Below, piece after piece: positions 1 to 10,554 of a stretch of 64,000 bases of DNA. Numbering within the stretch: position 1 is the stretch's first letter; every line of letters starts with the position of its first letter. The stretch lies in contig JBEPZY010000007.1 in the NCBI GenBank assembly GCA_041640595.1, forward strand, positions 117,611 through 181,610, written 5' to 3'. The translations under genes and the position numbers were made by a program. Origin of the DNA: Gemmatales bacterium (lineage in GTDB: Bacteria; Planctomycetota; Planctomycetia; Gemmatales; HRBIN36). The notes under the pieces are model-generated. The model was given only the letters and a program-made list of their open reading frames with translations, was not told the DNA's origin and made no database searches.

Positions 1-1107
1 GTTAAGTATATAGGTAAACGGTTAGTGGGAACCGGAAAGCTCGACCTGAATTTCGTAAATGAAGGTCCTATCTTTCAATCCGACGATTGGTCGCTGCTTA
101 AGAAACGGCAGCCGTTTTTCGTGCACATAAACACACCCGAAGTAGAATATGACATTTATGACCGTAAAACTCGTTTCAAGCAGCGGGTCGAATGGGTCGG
201 TGAACGCGAACATCCTCAAATAGCGACTCCCGATAAAGTATCGCCACCCCCTTATTATCCGGACCATCCGATTGTTCGCGCCGAATGGGCCCGATATCTC
301 AACTCTGTGTCCGGCCTTGACCGGCGGGTGGGCTGGATATTAGAAGCCCTCAAGGAAGACGGATTAGCAGATGACACCATAGTGGTCTTTTTCGCAGACA
401 ATGGACGCTTAGAACCTCGCGGCATTCACTGGTGTTACGACTGTGGAATCCGTGTCCCCTTGATTATTCGTTGGCCAAAAAACTTCCCGGCTCCTCCGCA
501 GTATAAGCCTGGAACAGTAAGCGATCAGGTGATAAGTTTGCTCGACCTGACCGCAACGACGTTATCTATGGCCGGCATTGAGAGGCCGCTGGGTATGCAT
601 AGCCGTATTTTTCTCGGTAATCAGGCTGACCCCCCTCGTCAGTATGCCTTTAGCGCTCGGGATCGCATTGACGAAACCGTCAATCGCATTCGCTCCGTAC
701 ACGACGGGCGATTTCATTACATACGCAACTTTATGCCAGAGCAATCTTTCACCGCGTTAAATCGTTATAAGGAAAAATGTTTTCCGATCATGGGAGTTAT
801 GCGGCAATTGCATGCTCAGGGTCTGTTGTCAGGCCCGGCCTTGCGGCTAATGGCTGAACGGCTGCCGGAAGAGGAACTCTATGATACACTTGACGATCCC
901 CATGAAATCCACAACTTAGCGGATTCCCCGCAACACCGGCCTGTTTTACTGCGGCTGCGAACGGCTTTAGAAGTCTGGATGGCCGAAACGAACGATCTTG
1001 GTCACCGACCTGAGCCGCCTCATATTATCCAGGCTATGGAACGCGAAATGCACGAATGGTTCGGCACCCCCGATTGGTACCGCCCCTCTAAGTCCCAGCC
1101 ACGGTAA
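1..1107 (+). CDS. Sulfatase family protein, 5'-truncated by the window edge
   Basis: Frame 1 is open from base 1. Sulfatase C-terminal motifs: TIVVFFADNG, YDCGIRVPLIIRWP, SLLDLTAT, ARDRIDE, EELYDTLDDPHEIHNLA. Confidence 0.9.
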   Translation, partial: VKYIGKRLVGTGKLDLNFVNEGPIFQSDDWSLLKKRQPFFVHINTPEVEYDIYDRKTRFKQRVEWVGEREHPQIATPDKVSPPPYYPDHPIVRAEWARYLNSVSGLDRRVGWILEALKEDGLADDTIVVFFADNGRLEPRGIHWCYDCGIRVPLIIRWPKNFPAPPQYKPGTVSDQVISLLDLTATTLSMAGIERPLGMHSRIFLGNQADPPRQYAFSARDRIDETVNRIRSVHDGRFHYIRNFMPEQSFTALNRYKEKCFPIMGVMRQLHAQGLLSGPALRLMAERLPEEELYDTLDDPHEIHNLADSPQHRPVLLRLRTALEVWMAETNDLGHRPEPPHIIQAMEREMHEWFGTPDWYRPSKSQPR

Positions 1108-1349
1108 ATCTGTCTCTCGGACTTGTAATACTGTATTTGCTGCCAGGGAGTCGCGGCATCCAATCAGTTGTCGCTGAGATTTAGTTAATCACTGTGCCTA
1201 ACGGATAGCCGTTGCTAGCTGCTGCTAAACTTTCCGTATCTCGAAATTTAGTCGAAGCTGGCCGAAGTCGTCATGCCATGGTTAGGCACAAAGGTCGCAA
1301 CCTGCATAGCCGCGATTGGCAAATCTTGTTTAGACAATTTTTGGCAGTT

Positions 1350-1373
1350 TTGCTGAAGGCTTCCTTTCAGCAA
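1350..1373. terminator. Hairpin between convergent genes, possible terminator
   Basis: TTGCTGAAGG-CTTC-CTTTCAGCAA: 10-bp stem with one G-U pair. No strong U-tract. Confidence 0.35.
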
Positions 1374-1793
1374 GTTGGCCTAATGGAAATTGAGAGAGAA
1401 TAATACACGGAACTAGTGCCGCGACGATCCAACACTTCTGGCAAACTTGGCATACGGGTTGTCGCTAAAGTCCAGAATATGTCGGTTTCGTTAGCCTTGC
1501 CAGGTAGAGCTTGTCGGAGATGACCACCTATACGGCAGCTCAGAGCCGCGCGGTACAGGTGGGAAAGGTGTCTGTATTCCTAAGGTGCCTCTATTCCTCG
1601 AACGTGTCTATTCCGCAACTGTGTCCCTTTCTGTGGAACTCGTTTCAATAGTTTCGAGTAGTGGCGGAAGATGGTCTGTGCTGCTAACTTGAGATGACGA
1701 AGGCTCAGTCTAGAGCGTGTTCGCCGGACGGTTAAACGCAGGTAGCAGCGTGAGCATAGGACCGGGCGTAACAAGGAGCCATCGGGGCAGATG

Positions 1794-4700
1794 TCATTTA
1801 GGCGGCTCGCTTTCGAGGAAAGCGAGGAGATCGGCAATCTCTTCGACGGTGAAATTATCGAGGAGGCGGTCGGGCATCGGGGAAACGGTGGAGGCCACGA
1901 TTTGCTCGATTTCCTCTTTGCGGAGTGTCACACGAGTGCCATCCTGTTGCAGCACGGTAACGGTGTCGCCTTGCGGAGCAGCCAGACCAGTGAAAGTCTG
2001 GCCGTTCTTGGTCAGGATGACGCTGCCACGATACTGGTCGCTGATGACTTTCGAGGGAAAGAGGATGGCTTCGAGGGTATCACGGCGAGTGAATCGGCCT
2101 TTGAGAGTGCTGAGGTCCGGGCCGATGCCTTCACCATAGTTGCCGAAACGGTGACACTTGACACAATTGGCTTTTTCAAAGATAGCCCGACCACGTTTCG
2201 GGTCGAGTTTATCCCGCGGGATTTTGTCGAGCAGTGCCAGCAACTCGTCGAGTTTCCATTTGCTCTCGCCGGTTAGAGCGGTAACGTTGGGCAGAGGCGG
2301 TTCTTTAGGGAACGTTTGGGAGAACCAACGTGCCCAGGCGTCAAGTTCGGTTTTCCAATCGCCATCTTCGATAGTGAATTGGCGTCCCGTCCAGCGACGG
2401 AGAACGAGAACGGCCTGCCAGCGGTCTTTGGGATCAAGTCGGCTGGCGGCAAGCAAGACGGCGCGGAAAGGTGCGGCATGTTCGCTGCGAGGTTCCTGAG
2501 GAAGCGGCGGCTTGTAATCGCATTTTTGCAGCGCGACGAGAATTTCCCGCACCACATTCGGAGTCGGGGAATCCAAGCCGCGGAGGAGGTAAGGCACATT
2601 TTCCGGCGAAGGCCTTTGTGCCAGGGCGCGAGCGACAGCGAAACGTTGTGCAGGATCGAGGTCGGCAATTTGTCGCAAAGCCGCCTGCGCTTCCGGCGAA
2701 AGCGAGCGACTCAGAGCCGAAACGATGGTTGGTTTCAGTTCGCTCGACTTTGGCAGTTGCTGGGAAGCATGCAGTCGGCGGTAAAGTGAGGCCAATTCCG
2801 AGGGTGAAGGCAATTCTTCCGGGCGAAGCTGGCGCAACACCACCTCGGCAGGTAGCCAGAACTGATCGGCTCGCAAAAGGATTTGTTTTCTGTCTTCCAG
2901 CGAAAATGCCGGCAGCAGGTCCTGGAAGATATTGGCCAGGTACGGTGTGAAACTGTGGCCGCCGGTCCAGTTGTGCGTGTTCTGATACCAGCGGAGGATG
3001 GTTTCCTTTTGTTCCGGAGTCCAGCCCTGGTGAAGCAATCGCAGGCAGTAGTAATAGTGGATTTGCTGTGGGCGATCCGTCTCCGGTCGGGTCATCTCGG
3101 CGAGCAGCTTGGACTGCACCGGTTCCTTCAAGAGGTCTTCGCGTGCCGCCCAGACCAGCAGAATGGCCAATTCTCGGTTAACGAACGGGTCGCGGTGTGG
3201 GAAGTGCTGCCAGCATATCCTGGCGATCTGCTTTACGGAATCCGGTCGGTTGGTGCTGTACAGAGCCGCCAGTTGCGTCGCGCGGAGAACGCCGAGTAAC
3301 CGGGTGGAATCATCCCAGGTGCTTTCGGTCTGCAGTTGCCTGGCCAGCCAGTCGAAAATTGTCGGGGCGCGCGAGTCGAGTTGATTGGTCTTGACCAGCG
3401 CAGCAATTCCTTCCAGCACAGCTAAGGGCGGTTGACGGAACAATTCGGACCACCATTGTTGCACAGGCAGGCGTTGCAAAACCAGCCGGGCAGCAGTGCG
3501 TACAAAGCGATCGGATTCATTGAGCAGGGGCCAGAGTTCGGAAATTTCGGGTAACAAGCCGCTGCGAAGGCAGTTTTCGCAGGCCAGTCGGCGAACATGT
3601 GGGTCGGGATCACGCAGTCCACGGCACAAAATGGGCTTCCATTGCGGGTCGGCACCGCGTGGACCGGAAGGATCGTCGGCAAGCGCGCCGATCAAGTTCA
3701 TCGCCAAACCGCGTATCTCGGCAGAGCGAGCGGTGAACAGTCGGCCCAGCGTTGCCGCATCCGGTCGCCAACCGTGCTGCCAGAGCACCCAGGCGATCTT
3801 GACGCGCTTTTGTTCCGGCTGCTGTTCGTCGCACAGCTGTGCCAGCCATAGCTCACGCAGGGACTTGCCCAGCGTCGGATTTGCCAGCGCATCGGCAATC
3901 GCCTTGCGGCCAAAAGCGGAGTAGGGTTGTTGCGAGAGCAATCGCTCAGCCTGGTTAGCTACGTCGTTGGCCCCAGAGCCGATCGCCTGGCGAGATTCGG
4001 ATTCCGACATCGCCACGATTCGGTAAACGCCTCCTTGCGTGCCGCGACCACCGAGGGTGAAATACAGTGCACCGTCCGGACCAACGGCAATGTCGGTCAC
4101 ATTCATGGGAGCGCCCGTGCAGAATCGCTCCACCGTACCTCGGCAGGCAGCTCCGTTTTTCTCCAGGTGCACCGCGTAGATGATACCGAGCGACCAATCG
4201 GAGATGAACAACGTCCGGTATTTTTCTGGGAAATTGCTGTGGTCGTACCATTCGACTCCTACGGGGGAACCGCGACCGACGTTAATGATGGCCGGCAAGG
4301 TGTCGTAGTAGTACGGCGGCAGCTTGGAAGAGCCAGTACGCCAGCCGAACTCGGCTCCCGGTATCACCTGGCAAACGCGTACCGGGCGATACCACGGGAG
4401 TCCTTCGTCCCATTCCATATCGCTATCGAAGGTAAACATCTCTCCATTGGGAGCGAAGGCAATGTCGTACTGATTGCGAAAGCCCGCTGCCATTAGAGCG
4501 AAACGTTTGCCGCTACTGTCCAGCCGCCAGATAGTGCCTCCGGGTGCGCGAATGTTGGCAGCGTGGCCACGAGCATCGTTTTGCCTGGGCAAGAGCACAT
4601 CTTCCGTGTGTCCGGGTTGAAACTGCTGCGGGGTCTGTCGGCCAGTAGGCCAGCGTAGCAAAGGTGAATTGGGAGCGATTTTGTCTGGATTGGGCCAGCG

Positions 4701-5939
4701 TTTGGCTACGTCCGGACCGATTTGGCACCAGGCATGGTTGCCGACTACGAGATACATGTAGTTGTCGGGGCCCTGCAAGATAGCATGGGGCCCGTGTTCG
4801 CCCATACCGCCTTCAAAACGATGCACCAGCTCCACCCTGGTGATACGATCCTGTCCGGCAGTATCGCGGCAGCGGTACAATCCAGTACCGTCCGGCCCAT
4901 CGCCGACCAGCCACAAGGCGCCATCGGCCCAGCACATGCCCTGACAGTTGCGCACCTGGTCGCAGTACACACGGATGCGCGAAATCGGGCGCTCGTTTGC
5001 CGAGGTGTTGCCGATACCGCCGGCCAGGCTCTTCGGCGGGCCGTTGTCGTTACTGGTACACAACAAGATCGGGCCGCGTTCCTGAGAAACCAGCAGTCGG
5101 CCACGGTCATCGAAGCACAAATTAATCAGCGAGAACGGCAGTTTGGGATCCAGGCCAACGGTTTCGATGCCGGAGACCTGTGGTTGTGGCGGCACAATCT
5201 CTTCCACGCGAAAACCCTCAGGCACCTGGAAGCGTTCATTGGCTCCCCACGCGACCTGCCGCCAGGGATCCGTTTTTCCATACGCGCCGAGCACCTTCAC
5301 CCGCGACCACCGGGAATCGTCATAATCGAGATTTTGCCAGCCTGATGTCACAGTCGCGGCGGACTTCCACTCCCCGTCGCTGTATAGAACCAGCCGGGTT
5401 TGACCATTCGGCGTGTAGGAGAGACGGACGAGCAAACCAGCTGGCCCGTCCTCGTTGCGTGCTTCCACAGCCAGGACGTTGCGACCATGCACCAGATAGG
5501 GCTTGACGTCAAAATGATAAACCTGCGACCAGTTGGAGCCGCTGCCGATCCGTTTGCCGTTGATCCAGACCGTAAACGCATTATCCGCCGTAATATCCAG
5601 CGTAGCCTCGTCCACGACGATTTGCGTAGGGCGGTTGATCTCCCAAACCCGGCGGAAATAACGTGTGCCAACGGGTGCTTCGCGGGCAGGCTCGCCTTCA
5701 TCGTGCCAGATCCAAAAAGCAGCGCCACTAGGAGAAGTAACCGGTCGCGGAGTCGGTTTGGGTTTGGGCTTGGCTTTCTCCGTTTGAGCCAGCGCGTACC
5801 AACCGATCCCCACTACCAAGAGAGCCAGCACCCAGCGTGGCCAGTGGCCTGGCACACGGGTGGTGCTGCCAGGAGAATGCACTTTTGTCGGCACAGGGTT
5901 CGGCGGTGAAATGGCGAGTTCTCGGTAGTCAGTTAGCAT
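1794..5939 (-). CDS. Large PVC-type putative membrane-bound dehydrogenase with HEAT repeats and C-terminal c-type heme (CxxCH)
   Basis: N-terminal hydrophobic segment, jelly-roll-like module (ITADNAFTVWINGK), propeller motifs (GEHGPHAI, GFRNQYDIAF, FDSDMEWD, GRGSPVG), helical repeats, and CVKCH...IGPDLS...SPMP. Start uncertain (ORF open to 6026). Confidence 0.85.
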   Translation of the reverse strand: MLTDYRELAISPPNPVPTKVHSPGSTTRVPGHWPRWVLALLVVGIGWYALAQTEKAKPKPKPTPRPVTSPSGAAFWIWHDEGEPAREAPVGTRYFRRVWEINRPTQIVVDEATLDITADNAFTVWINGKRIGSGSNWSQVYHFDVKPYLVHGRNVLAVEARNEDGPAGLLVRLSYTPNGQTRLVLYSDGEWKSAATVTSGWQNLDYDDSRWSRVKVLGAYGKTDPWRQVAWGANERFQVPEGFRVEEIVPPQPQVSGIETVGLDPKLPFSLINLCFDDRGRLLVSQERGPILLCTSNDNGPPKSLAGGIGNTSANERPISRIRVYCDQVRNCQGMCWADGALWLVGDGPDGTGLYRCRDTAGQDRITRVELVHRFEGGMGEHGPHAILQGPDNYMYLVVGNHAWCQIGPDVAKRWPNPDKIAPNSPLLRWPTGRQTPQQFQPGHTEDVLLPRQNDARGHAANIRAPGGTIWRLDSSGKRFALMAAGFRNQYDIAFAPNGEMFTFDSDMEWDEGLPWYRPVRVCQVIPGAEFGWRTGSSKLPPYYYDTLPAIINVGRGSPVGVEWYDHSNFPEKYRTLFISDWSLGIIYAVHLEKNGAACRGTVERFCTGAPMNVTDIAVGPDGALYFTLGGRGTQGGVYRIVAMSESESRQAIGSGANDVANQAERLLSQQPYSAFGRKAIADALANPTLGKSLRELWLAQLCDEQQPEQKRVKIAWVLWQHGWRPDAATLGRLFTARSAEIRGLAMNLIGALADDPSGPRGADPQWKPILCRGLRDPDPHVRRLACENCLRSGLLPEISELWPLLNESDRFVRTAARLVLQRLPVQQWWSELFRQPPLAVLEGIAALVKTNQLDSRAPTIFDWLARQLQTESTWDDSTRLLGVLRATQLAALYSTNRPDSVKQIARICWQHFPHRDPFVNRELAILLVWAAREDLLKEPVQSKLLAEMTRPETDRPQQIHYYYCLRLLHQGWTPEQKETILRWYQNTHNWTGGHSFTPYLANIFQDLLPAFSLEDRKQILLRADQFWLPAEVVLRQLRPEELPSPSELASLYRRLHASQQLPKSSELKPTIVSALSRSLSPEAQAALRQIADLDPAQRFAVARALAQRPSPENVPYLLRGLDSPTPNVVREILVALQKCDYKPPLPQEPRSEHAAPFRAVLLAASRLDPKDRWQAVLVLRRWTGRQFTIEDGDWKTELDAWARWFSQTFPKEPPLPNVTALTGESKWKLDELLALLDKIPRDKLDPKRGRAIFEKANCVKCHRFGNYGEGIGPDLSTLKGRFTRRDTLEAILFPSKVISDQYRGSVILTKNGQTFTGLAAPQGDTVTVLQQDGTRVTLRKEEIEQIVASTVSPMPDRLLDNFTVEEIADLLAFLESEPPK

Positions 5940-6118
5940 GTTGTCGCTCCGGCAAAGCATCGGTCGGAAAGGCCGCCTGGTCATGCGGTGCAGGATAATG
6001 CTAGGGAAGCAGGCATTACCAGCCAACTGAGCTTAAAAGAAACGCGGTGGGTCAGGACCCACCGCGCCAGAGTTTCGGAGACTCTCGTCTGCAAAAACGG
6101 TCAGCGTTCCAATGGACG

Positions 6119-6769
6119 TTATGGCAGGACTTTGATCTCGATGTTGCGGAAGTGGATTTCTGCCCCTTCCGACTGCCAGCCGATCGGGCCTTCACGAAGT
6201 TCGCTCTCGCCTTCGCTGACGGGGATACCATTGACTTTGGAGCTGAGATGGCCGTCTTTGCTCGTAATCTCAGTGGTGTTCCATTCGCCGACCGGTTTAA
6301 TCGCTTTTTTCTGAGCGGCCGCATCTTTCTTGAATTTGCCTTTAGCGCCGCCGATGGCGAAGATGTTGCCGTGATCGCGATTCATGCCCTGCACCTCGAC
6401 GCAGCGGGGCCAGACACGGTGTGGCAGCTGAATGTGCACAAGACAGCCGCTGTTACCGGGGAATTTCTCATCCTCGCCGGGCTTAAGATCGGCTGGCCGC
6501 TTGTAACGCCAGTCAAACCGCAGCACATAATTGCGATAGCTTTTCTCCGTATAGAAGTAGCCATTCGGTTTGCCCGGCACGATGATCACACCGTCTTCGA
6601 CGCGGATCACCTCGTTGAGTTGCGGCGGTTCAAAGCCAAAGCCGGTCATGTCTTTGCCATTGAAGAGTTTGACGAACCCTTCTTCGGCGGTTGGTGCGTT
6701 CGAGACCAGGCTCAGAGTCAGTATGCTGGCCAGGCCCACCACAGCCAGTAAGCTTCGGCGAATCAGCAT
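6119..6769 (-). CDS. DUF1080 (3-keto-disaccharide hydrolase-like) secreted protein
   Basis: Signal peptide; motifs LFNGKD, GNSG, EVQ, GEWN, GPIGWQSEG, FRNI. GGAGGT RBS upstream of ATG 6769. Confidence 0.9.
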   Translation of the reverse strand: MLIRRSLLAVVGLASILTLSLVSNAPTAEEGFVKLFNGKDMTGFGFEPPQLNEVIRVEDGVIIVPGKPNGYFYTEKSYRNYVLRFDWRYKRPADLKPGEDEKFPGNSGCLVHIQLPHRVWPRCVEVQGMNRDHGNIFAIGGAKGKFKKDAAAQKKAIKPVGEWNTTEITSKDGHLSSKVNGIPVSEGESELREGPIGWQSEGAEIHFRNIEIKVLP

Positions 6770-7090
6770 CGTTGCACCTCCTTCATTTCCTTTTGCGACC
6801 GCCACCATGGCTGGTCGCGCGTTGCTCGCATTGTAGTTATCCGCGAACATCCAGCAAGCCGCCGGCACTTCCCTTCAAGTTTTCCCGCAGGTGTTTCGGC
6901 CGAAATTTTCAAAGCCGGACGTGTGTGGAACAACCCGCTGGTGGGAAGCCGCTTGTTAGGAACCCAGCGATGTGCCGTCTATTTTTGCAGACTGGTCAAC
7001 AACAAGGTCGCGGCCCAGGTGTGTGCGTTCTTGACTGGTGAAGCTCGGGGTACGTGGCATCAAGTAGCCACACAGAAGAGGAGGTAAACC

Positions 7091-7759
7091 ATGCTGCGAT
7101 GGCTGATGGTGAGCTGCTTGCTTTTGGGTCTCAGCGCCTACCTGTTTGCACAGGATAAGGAGCCGCCGAAAAAGGAGCCGCCGAAAAAAGAGCAGGCAAC
7201 TCCGAAGATTGATGAAACAGAGCTCAAGAAACTTCGCGACCTGATGGAGAAGGCGGGCAAGATCCTGGACGCTACTCGCGATCGCGACCCGCTGCGGTGG
7301 GATTTTAGGCGGGCGCTGGAACAGGCTCGGAAAAAGGACAACGGGAAGAAACCTGTCCCGGCCCCGCAACCGAATCCTCCTGAGAAAAAAGACCAACAGC
7401 CGGCTCAGCCTGGCGATGTCATAATCACCATCAACGGAAAACCAGTCCCGGCACGGATTCAAATAGTTCCAGCGAATCCTGTCCCTGCCCCGCAACCGAA
7501 TCCTCCTGAGAAAAAAGACCAACAGCCTGGAAAGAAGGACGGGAAGAAATCGGAGCCCATCCAACCGGCTCAGCCTGGCGATGTCATAATCACCATCAAC
7601 GGAAAACCAGTCCCGGCACGGATTCAAATAGTTCCAGTGAAACCTGTCCCGGCCCCGCAACCGAATCCTCCCGAAAAAAAGACCAACAGCCTGGAAAGAA
7701 GGATTGAAAAATCCGTCAGTTCAGGAGCCAAGCGGGTCGAATCACGTTTCGATCTGTGA
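7091..7759 (+). CDS. Secreted Pro/Lys/Gln-rich internal-repeat protein; true stop possibly 7707
   Basis: GAGGAGGT RBS, signal peptide, repeats KPVPAPQPNPPEKK (x3) and QPAQPGDVIITINGKPVPARIQIVP (x2). Confidence 0.75.
   Translation: MLRWLMVSCLLLGLSAYLFAQDKEPPKKEPPKKEQATPKIDETELKKLRDLMEKAGKILDATRDRDPLRWDFRRALEQARKKDNGKKPVPAPQPNPPEKKDQQPAQPGDVIITINGKPVPARIQIVPANPVPAPQPNPPEKKDQQPGKKDGKKSEPIQPAQPGDVIITINGKPVPARIQIVPVKPVPAPQPNPPEKKTNSLERRIEKSVSSGAKRVESRFDL
7349..7703 (+). repeat. Intragenic A-B-A-B-A direct repeats
   Basis: Unit A starts at 7349, 7475 and 7640; unit B starts at about 7400 and 7565. Near-identical at DNA level. Confidence 0.9.
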
Positions 7760-7861
7760 TGAGGCCGGCGTACTCCCATTTCGCTCGCAATAGCCAACCG
7801 CCCTACTAGCAACCCTTGGCCATAATCAGCGCTCTGACGTGCGTCGCCGTTGCGCGGCGCA

Positions 7862-8230
7862 CTATTTGTTTGGATAAGGGCGGGACCAGAAGTTTTCGCC
7901 GTCCATGTTGAAAGGCGTGCGGACTTCGATCTGGCAATCGCCAAACACCCGGCACTGACAGGCCAGGCGAATTTCGTTCTCATGGCCGATCGTGGCCAGG
8001 CTCAACGCCAATCGAAACCGCTCACGCAGGGTCTTGGGACTGAGGTTCTCCATTCCCTGTTTAACCAGTACCCAGCAGGTGCCGCACATACCGAAGCCGC
8101 GACAGTTGAACCAGCGGTCGAGAAAGCCGCGATACACCTCGATGCCGTGTTTGAGCAATTCCTGGCGCAAATTGGCTCCTTGCGGCACCTCGATTTCCTT
8201 TTTCTCGTTGATGATTTTTATCTTGGGCAT
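7862..8230 (-). CDS. 2Fe-2S ferredoxin-like protein
   Basis: CRGFGMCGTC...RLACQ cysteine motif. Confidence 0.9.
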   Translation of the reverse strand: MPKIKIINEKKEIEVPQGANLRQELLKHGIEVYRGFLDRWFNCRGFGMCGTCWVLVKQGMENLSPKTLRERFRLALSLATIGHENEIRLACQCRVFGDCQIEVRTPFNMDGENFWSRPYPNK

Positions 8231-8461
8231 AGGCGAGCACTCCGGCGCTGATTGGAAGCTAACAAAATCCTGGATTATGTCGGGCAGATTGTACAAACGA
8301 CGGCGAAGTTTGTCCGCCAATACCCTGAGGCGAGCCGACAAACCTGGCAACTCAGATTTACCACAGATGGGGCAGGGCAAGCCGTAGGGTCGGGCAGGAC
8401 AATGTTCGCTAAGCCCAAAGCGGCCGCCATCGCTCACCGTCTTGCACAGCAAACTCAGCAT

Positions 8462-9388
8462 CTAGGCGGTCATGCCACGGGTAAGACGCATGAACGCGGT
8501 TTCCAGATTCACCTCTTCTTCCTTGAGCAAAACGAGTTTGAAACCTGAGTGGATGAGCAAATCGGGGATGAAGGTGAAATCCGTACAGCCGGAGACAAGC
8601 TGAACGCGAATGTCGTCGTCGCGCACCTCCACAGCCTGAACGTGTGGGTGGGTTTCGAGGCACTGGGCGGCTTTTTCCGTACGGTCAGCGACGCGAATCT
8701 GGAGAACCAGGTTCGGCTGCACCTTTGCCAGCAACTCCCGGAGGTCGCCATCGTAAAGCAATACGCCACGTTCAATGATGCCGACTTTGTTGCAAACGTC
8801 GGCCAGTTCCGGAAGGATGTGGCTGGAGATCATGATGGTTTTGCCCAGTTGACGCAAACGTTTCAATAACTGGCGCATGTCAATGCGGGCGCGCGGATCG
8901 AGGCCACTGGCCGGTTCATCCAGCAGCAACACCTGCGGGTCATGAAGCAGGACACGTGCCAGCCCCAGGCGTTGCGTCATGCCACGCGACAAACTGGTTG
9001 CCGGAGCGTCGCGCTTGAATGTGAGATTGACCAGTTCCAGCACTTCTTCGCACTTTTTCCGCCGAGCCGGGCCGTTGATACGGTACGCAGCTGCGAAAAA
9101 CTCCAGGTACTCAATCACCTTCATGTCGTCGTACACGCCGAAGAAGTCCGGCATGTAACCGATGAGCCGGCGGATTTCCCGCGGTTTGTTGTAAATGGAA
9201 TAGCCGCAGATGGTGGCCTCGCCCCAACTCGGCGCCAGCAGGGTGGCCAGAATACGCATGGCCGTCGTCTTTCCCGCGCCGTTCGGGCCGATGAAGCCGT
9301 ACACATCTCCCGGCTCTAACTTGATCGTGAGCCGATTCAAGGCATACAGGTCGCCGTATTTCTTCGTCAAATCGCGTGTCTCGATCAT
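8462..9388 (-). CDS. ABC transporter ATP-binding protein (ABC-2 type)
   Basis: Walker A GPNGAGKT, signature LSRGM, Walker B LLLDEP, H-loop SSH. Confidence 0.93.
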   Translation of the reverse strand: MIETRDLTKKYGDLYALNRLTIKLEPGDVYGFIGPNGAGKTTAMRILATLLAPSWGEATICGYSIYNKPREIRRLIGYMPDFFGVYDDMKVIEYLEFFAAAYRINGPARRKKCEEVLELVNLTFKRDAPATSLSRGMTQRLGLARVLLHDPQVLLLDEPASGLDPRARIDMRQLLKRLRQLGKTIMISSHILPELADVCNKVGIIERGVLLYDGDLRELLAKVQPNLVLQIRVADRTEKAAQCLETHPHVQAVEVRDDDIRVQLVSGCTDFTFIPDLLIHSGFKLVLLKEEEVNLETAFMRLTRGMTA

Positions 9389-9549
9389 GCCTGACCGCAC
9401 CTGCAGCGAATCATTTGTGTAAAAATCCCAAAAAGCCCGCAAACAAAAGACTTAGGTTGTTCATTGGGCATTGTATCGCTCTCGTTGTCGAGTGTTGCGG
9501 AAGTTATAGGTGAGCATGGCATTGCGGTTACACGTCTTTGCAGGTGGAA

Positions 9550-10554
9550 TCAACCACCGCGTAACCAGCGGGCGGCGTCCAGTGCGTGGTAAGTGAGGAT
9601 GAGATCGGCACCCGCACGTTTGATAGCGGTGAGAATTTCGAGAACGACGCGACGTTCATCCAGCCAACCACGTGCTGCCGCTGCTTTCACCATGGCATAT
9701 TCGCCGCTGACGTTGTAAGCAGCCAGGGGCACAGCGAACCGCTCTTTCGCCCGGCGAATGATGTCCAGATATGCCAGGGCCGGCTTGACCATCACCAGGT
9801 CGGCTCCTTCGGCAAGATCGAGAGCAATCTCCCGCAACGCTTCGTCGCTGTTGGCGGGGTCCATCTGGTACGTACTGCGGTCGCCGAATTGGGGCGGGGA
9901 TTCTGCAGCTTCACGAAACGGGCCGTAAAAGGCACTGGCGTATTTGGCCGCGTAGCTGAGGATCGGAATGTGGCTGAAGCCTGCGGCATCGAGGGCCTGT
10001 CGGATTGCCGCTACCATGCCATCCATCATTCCCGATGGGGCGACGATGTCGGCACCCGCCTGGGCGTGCACCACACACTGCCGACCCAGCATTTCCAGAG
10101 TGCGATCGTTATCCACATCCAGCCGTCCGGTCTGTTCCGACAGCACGCCGCAATGACCGTGGCTGGTGTATTCGCAAAAACATTCGTCGGTAATCACGAG
10201 CAGATCCGGCAAGGCTCGCTTCAGAGTGCGAATAGCCTGCGGGATTATGCCTTCAGTGTCGAGGGCTTCCGAGCCAACCTCATCCTTGCGTGCCGGTATG
10301 CCAAACAGGATTACCGCACGAATGCCAAGCTCCCAGGCCTGCCCGGCTACCTCGACCAGCGTGTCGGGACTGAGTTGGTACTGACCAGGCATGGAGGCGA
10401 TCTCACGGCGAACGCCCTGGCCATGCCGAACAAAAAGTGGCAGGATCATATCGCCTGGGGTCAATTCGGTTTCGCGTACCAGTTCACGCAAGGCGGCCAA
10501 TCGCCGCAACCGACGCAATCGCCATTGCGGAAAGTGCGGCGTTATCTCCCACAC
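9550..10554 (-). CDS. hemB: Porphobilinogen synthase (delta-aminolevulinate dehydratase)
   Basis: [12 protein letters not shown]n site, [40 protein letters not shown] start after GAGGGAG; overlaps the upstream stop. Confidence 0.96.
   Translation of the reverse strand: MWEITPHFPQWRLRRLRRLAALRELVRETELTPGDMILPLFVRHGQGVRREIASMPGQYQLSPDTLVEVAGQAWELGIRAVILFGIPARKDEVGSEALDTEGIIPQAIRTLKRALPDLLVITDECFCEYTSHGHCGVLSEQTGRLDVDNDRTLEMLGRQCVVHAQAGADIVAPSGMMDGMVAAIRQALDAAGFSHIPILSYAAKYASAFYGPFREAAESPPQFGDRSTYQMDPANSDEALREIALDLAEGADLVMVKPALAYLDIIRRAKERFAVPLAAYNVSGEYAMVKAAAARGWLDERRVVLEILTAIKRAGADLILTYHALDAARWLRGG

Noticed and set aside
6956..7660. 234-aa minus-strand repetitive ORF
   Set aside because: Antisense shadow of the + strand repeat protein, which has the RBS and signal peptide.
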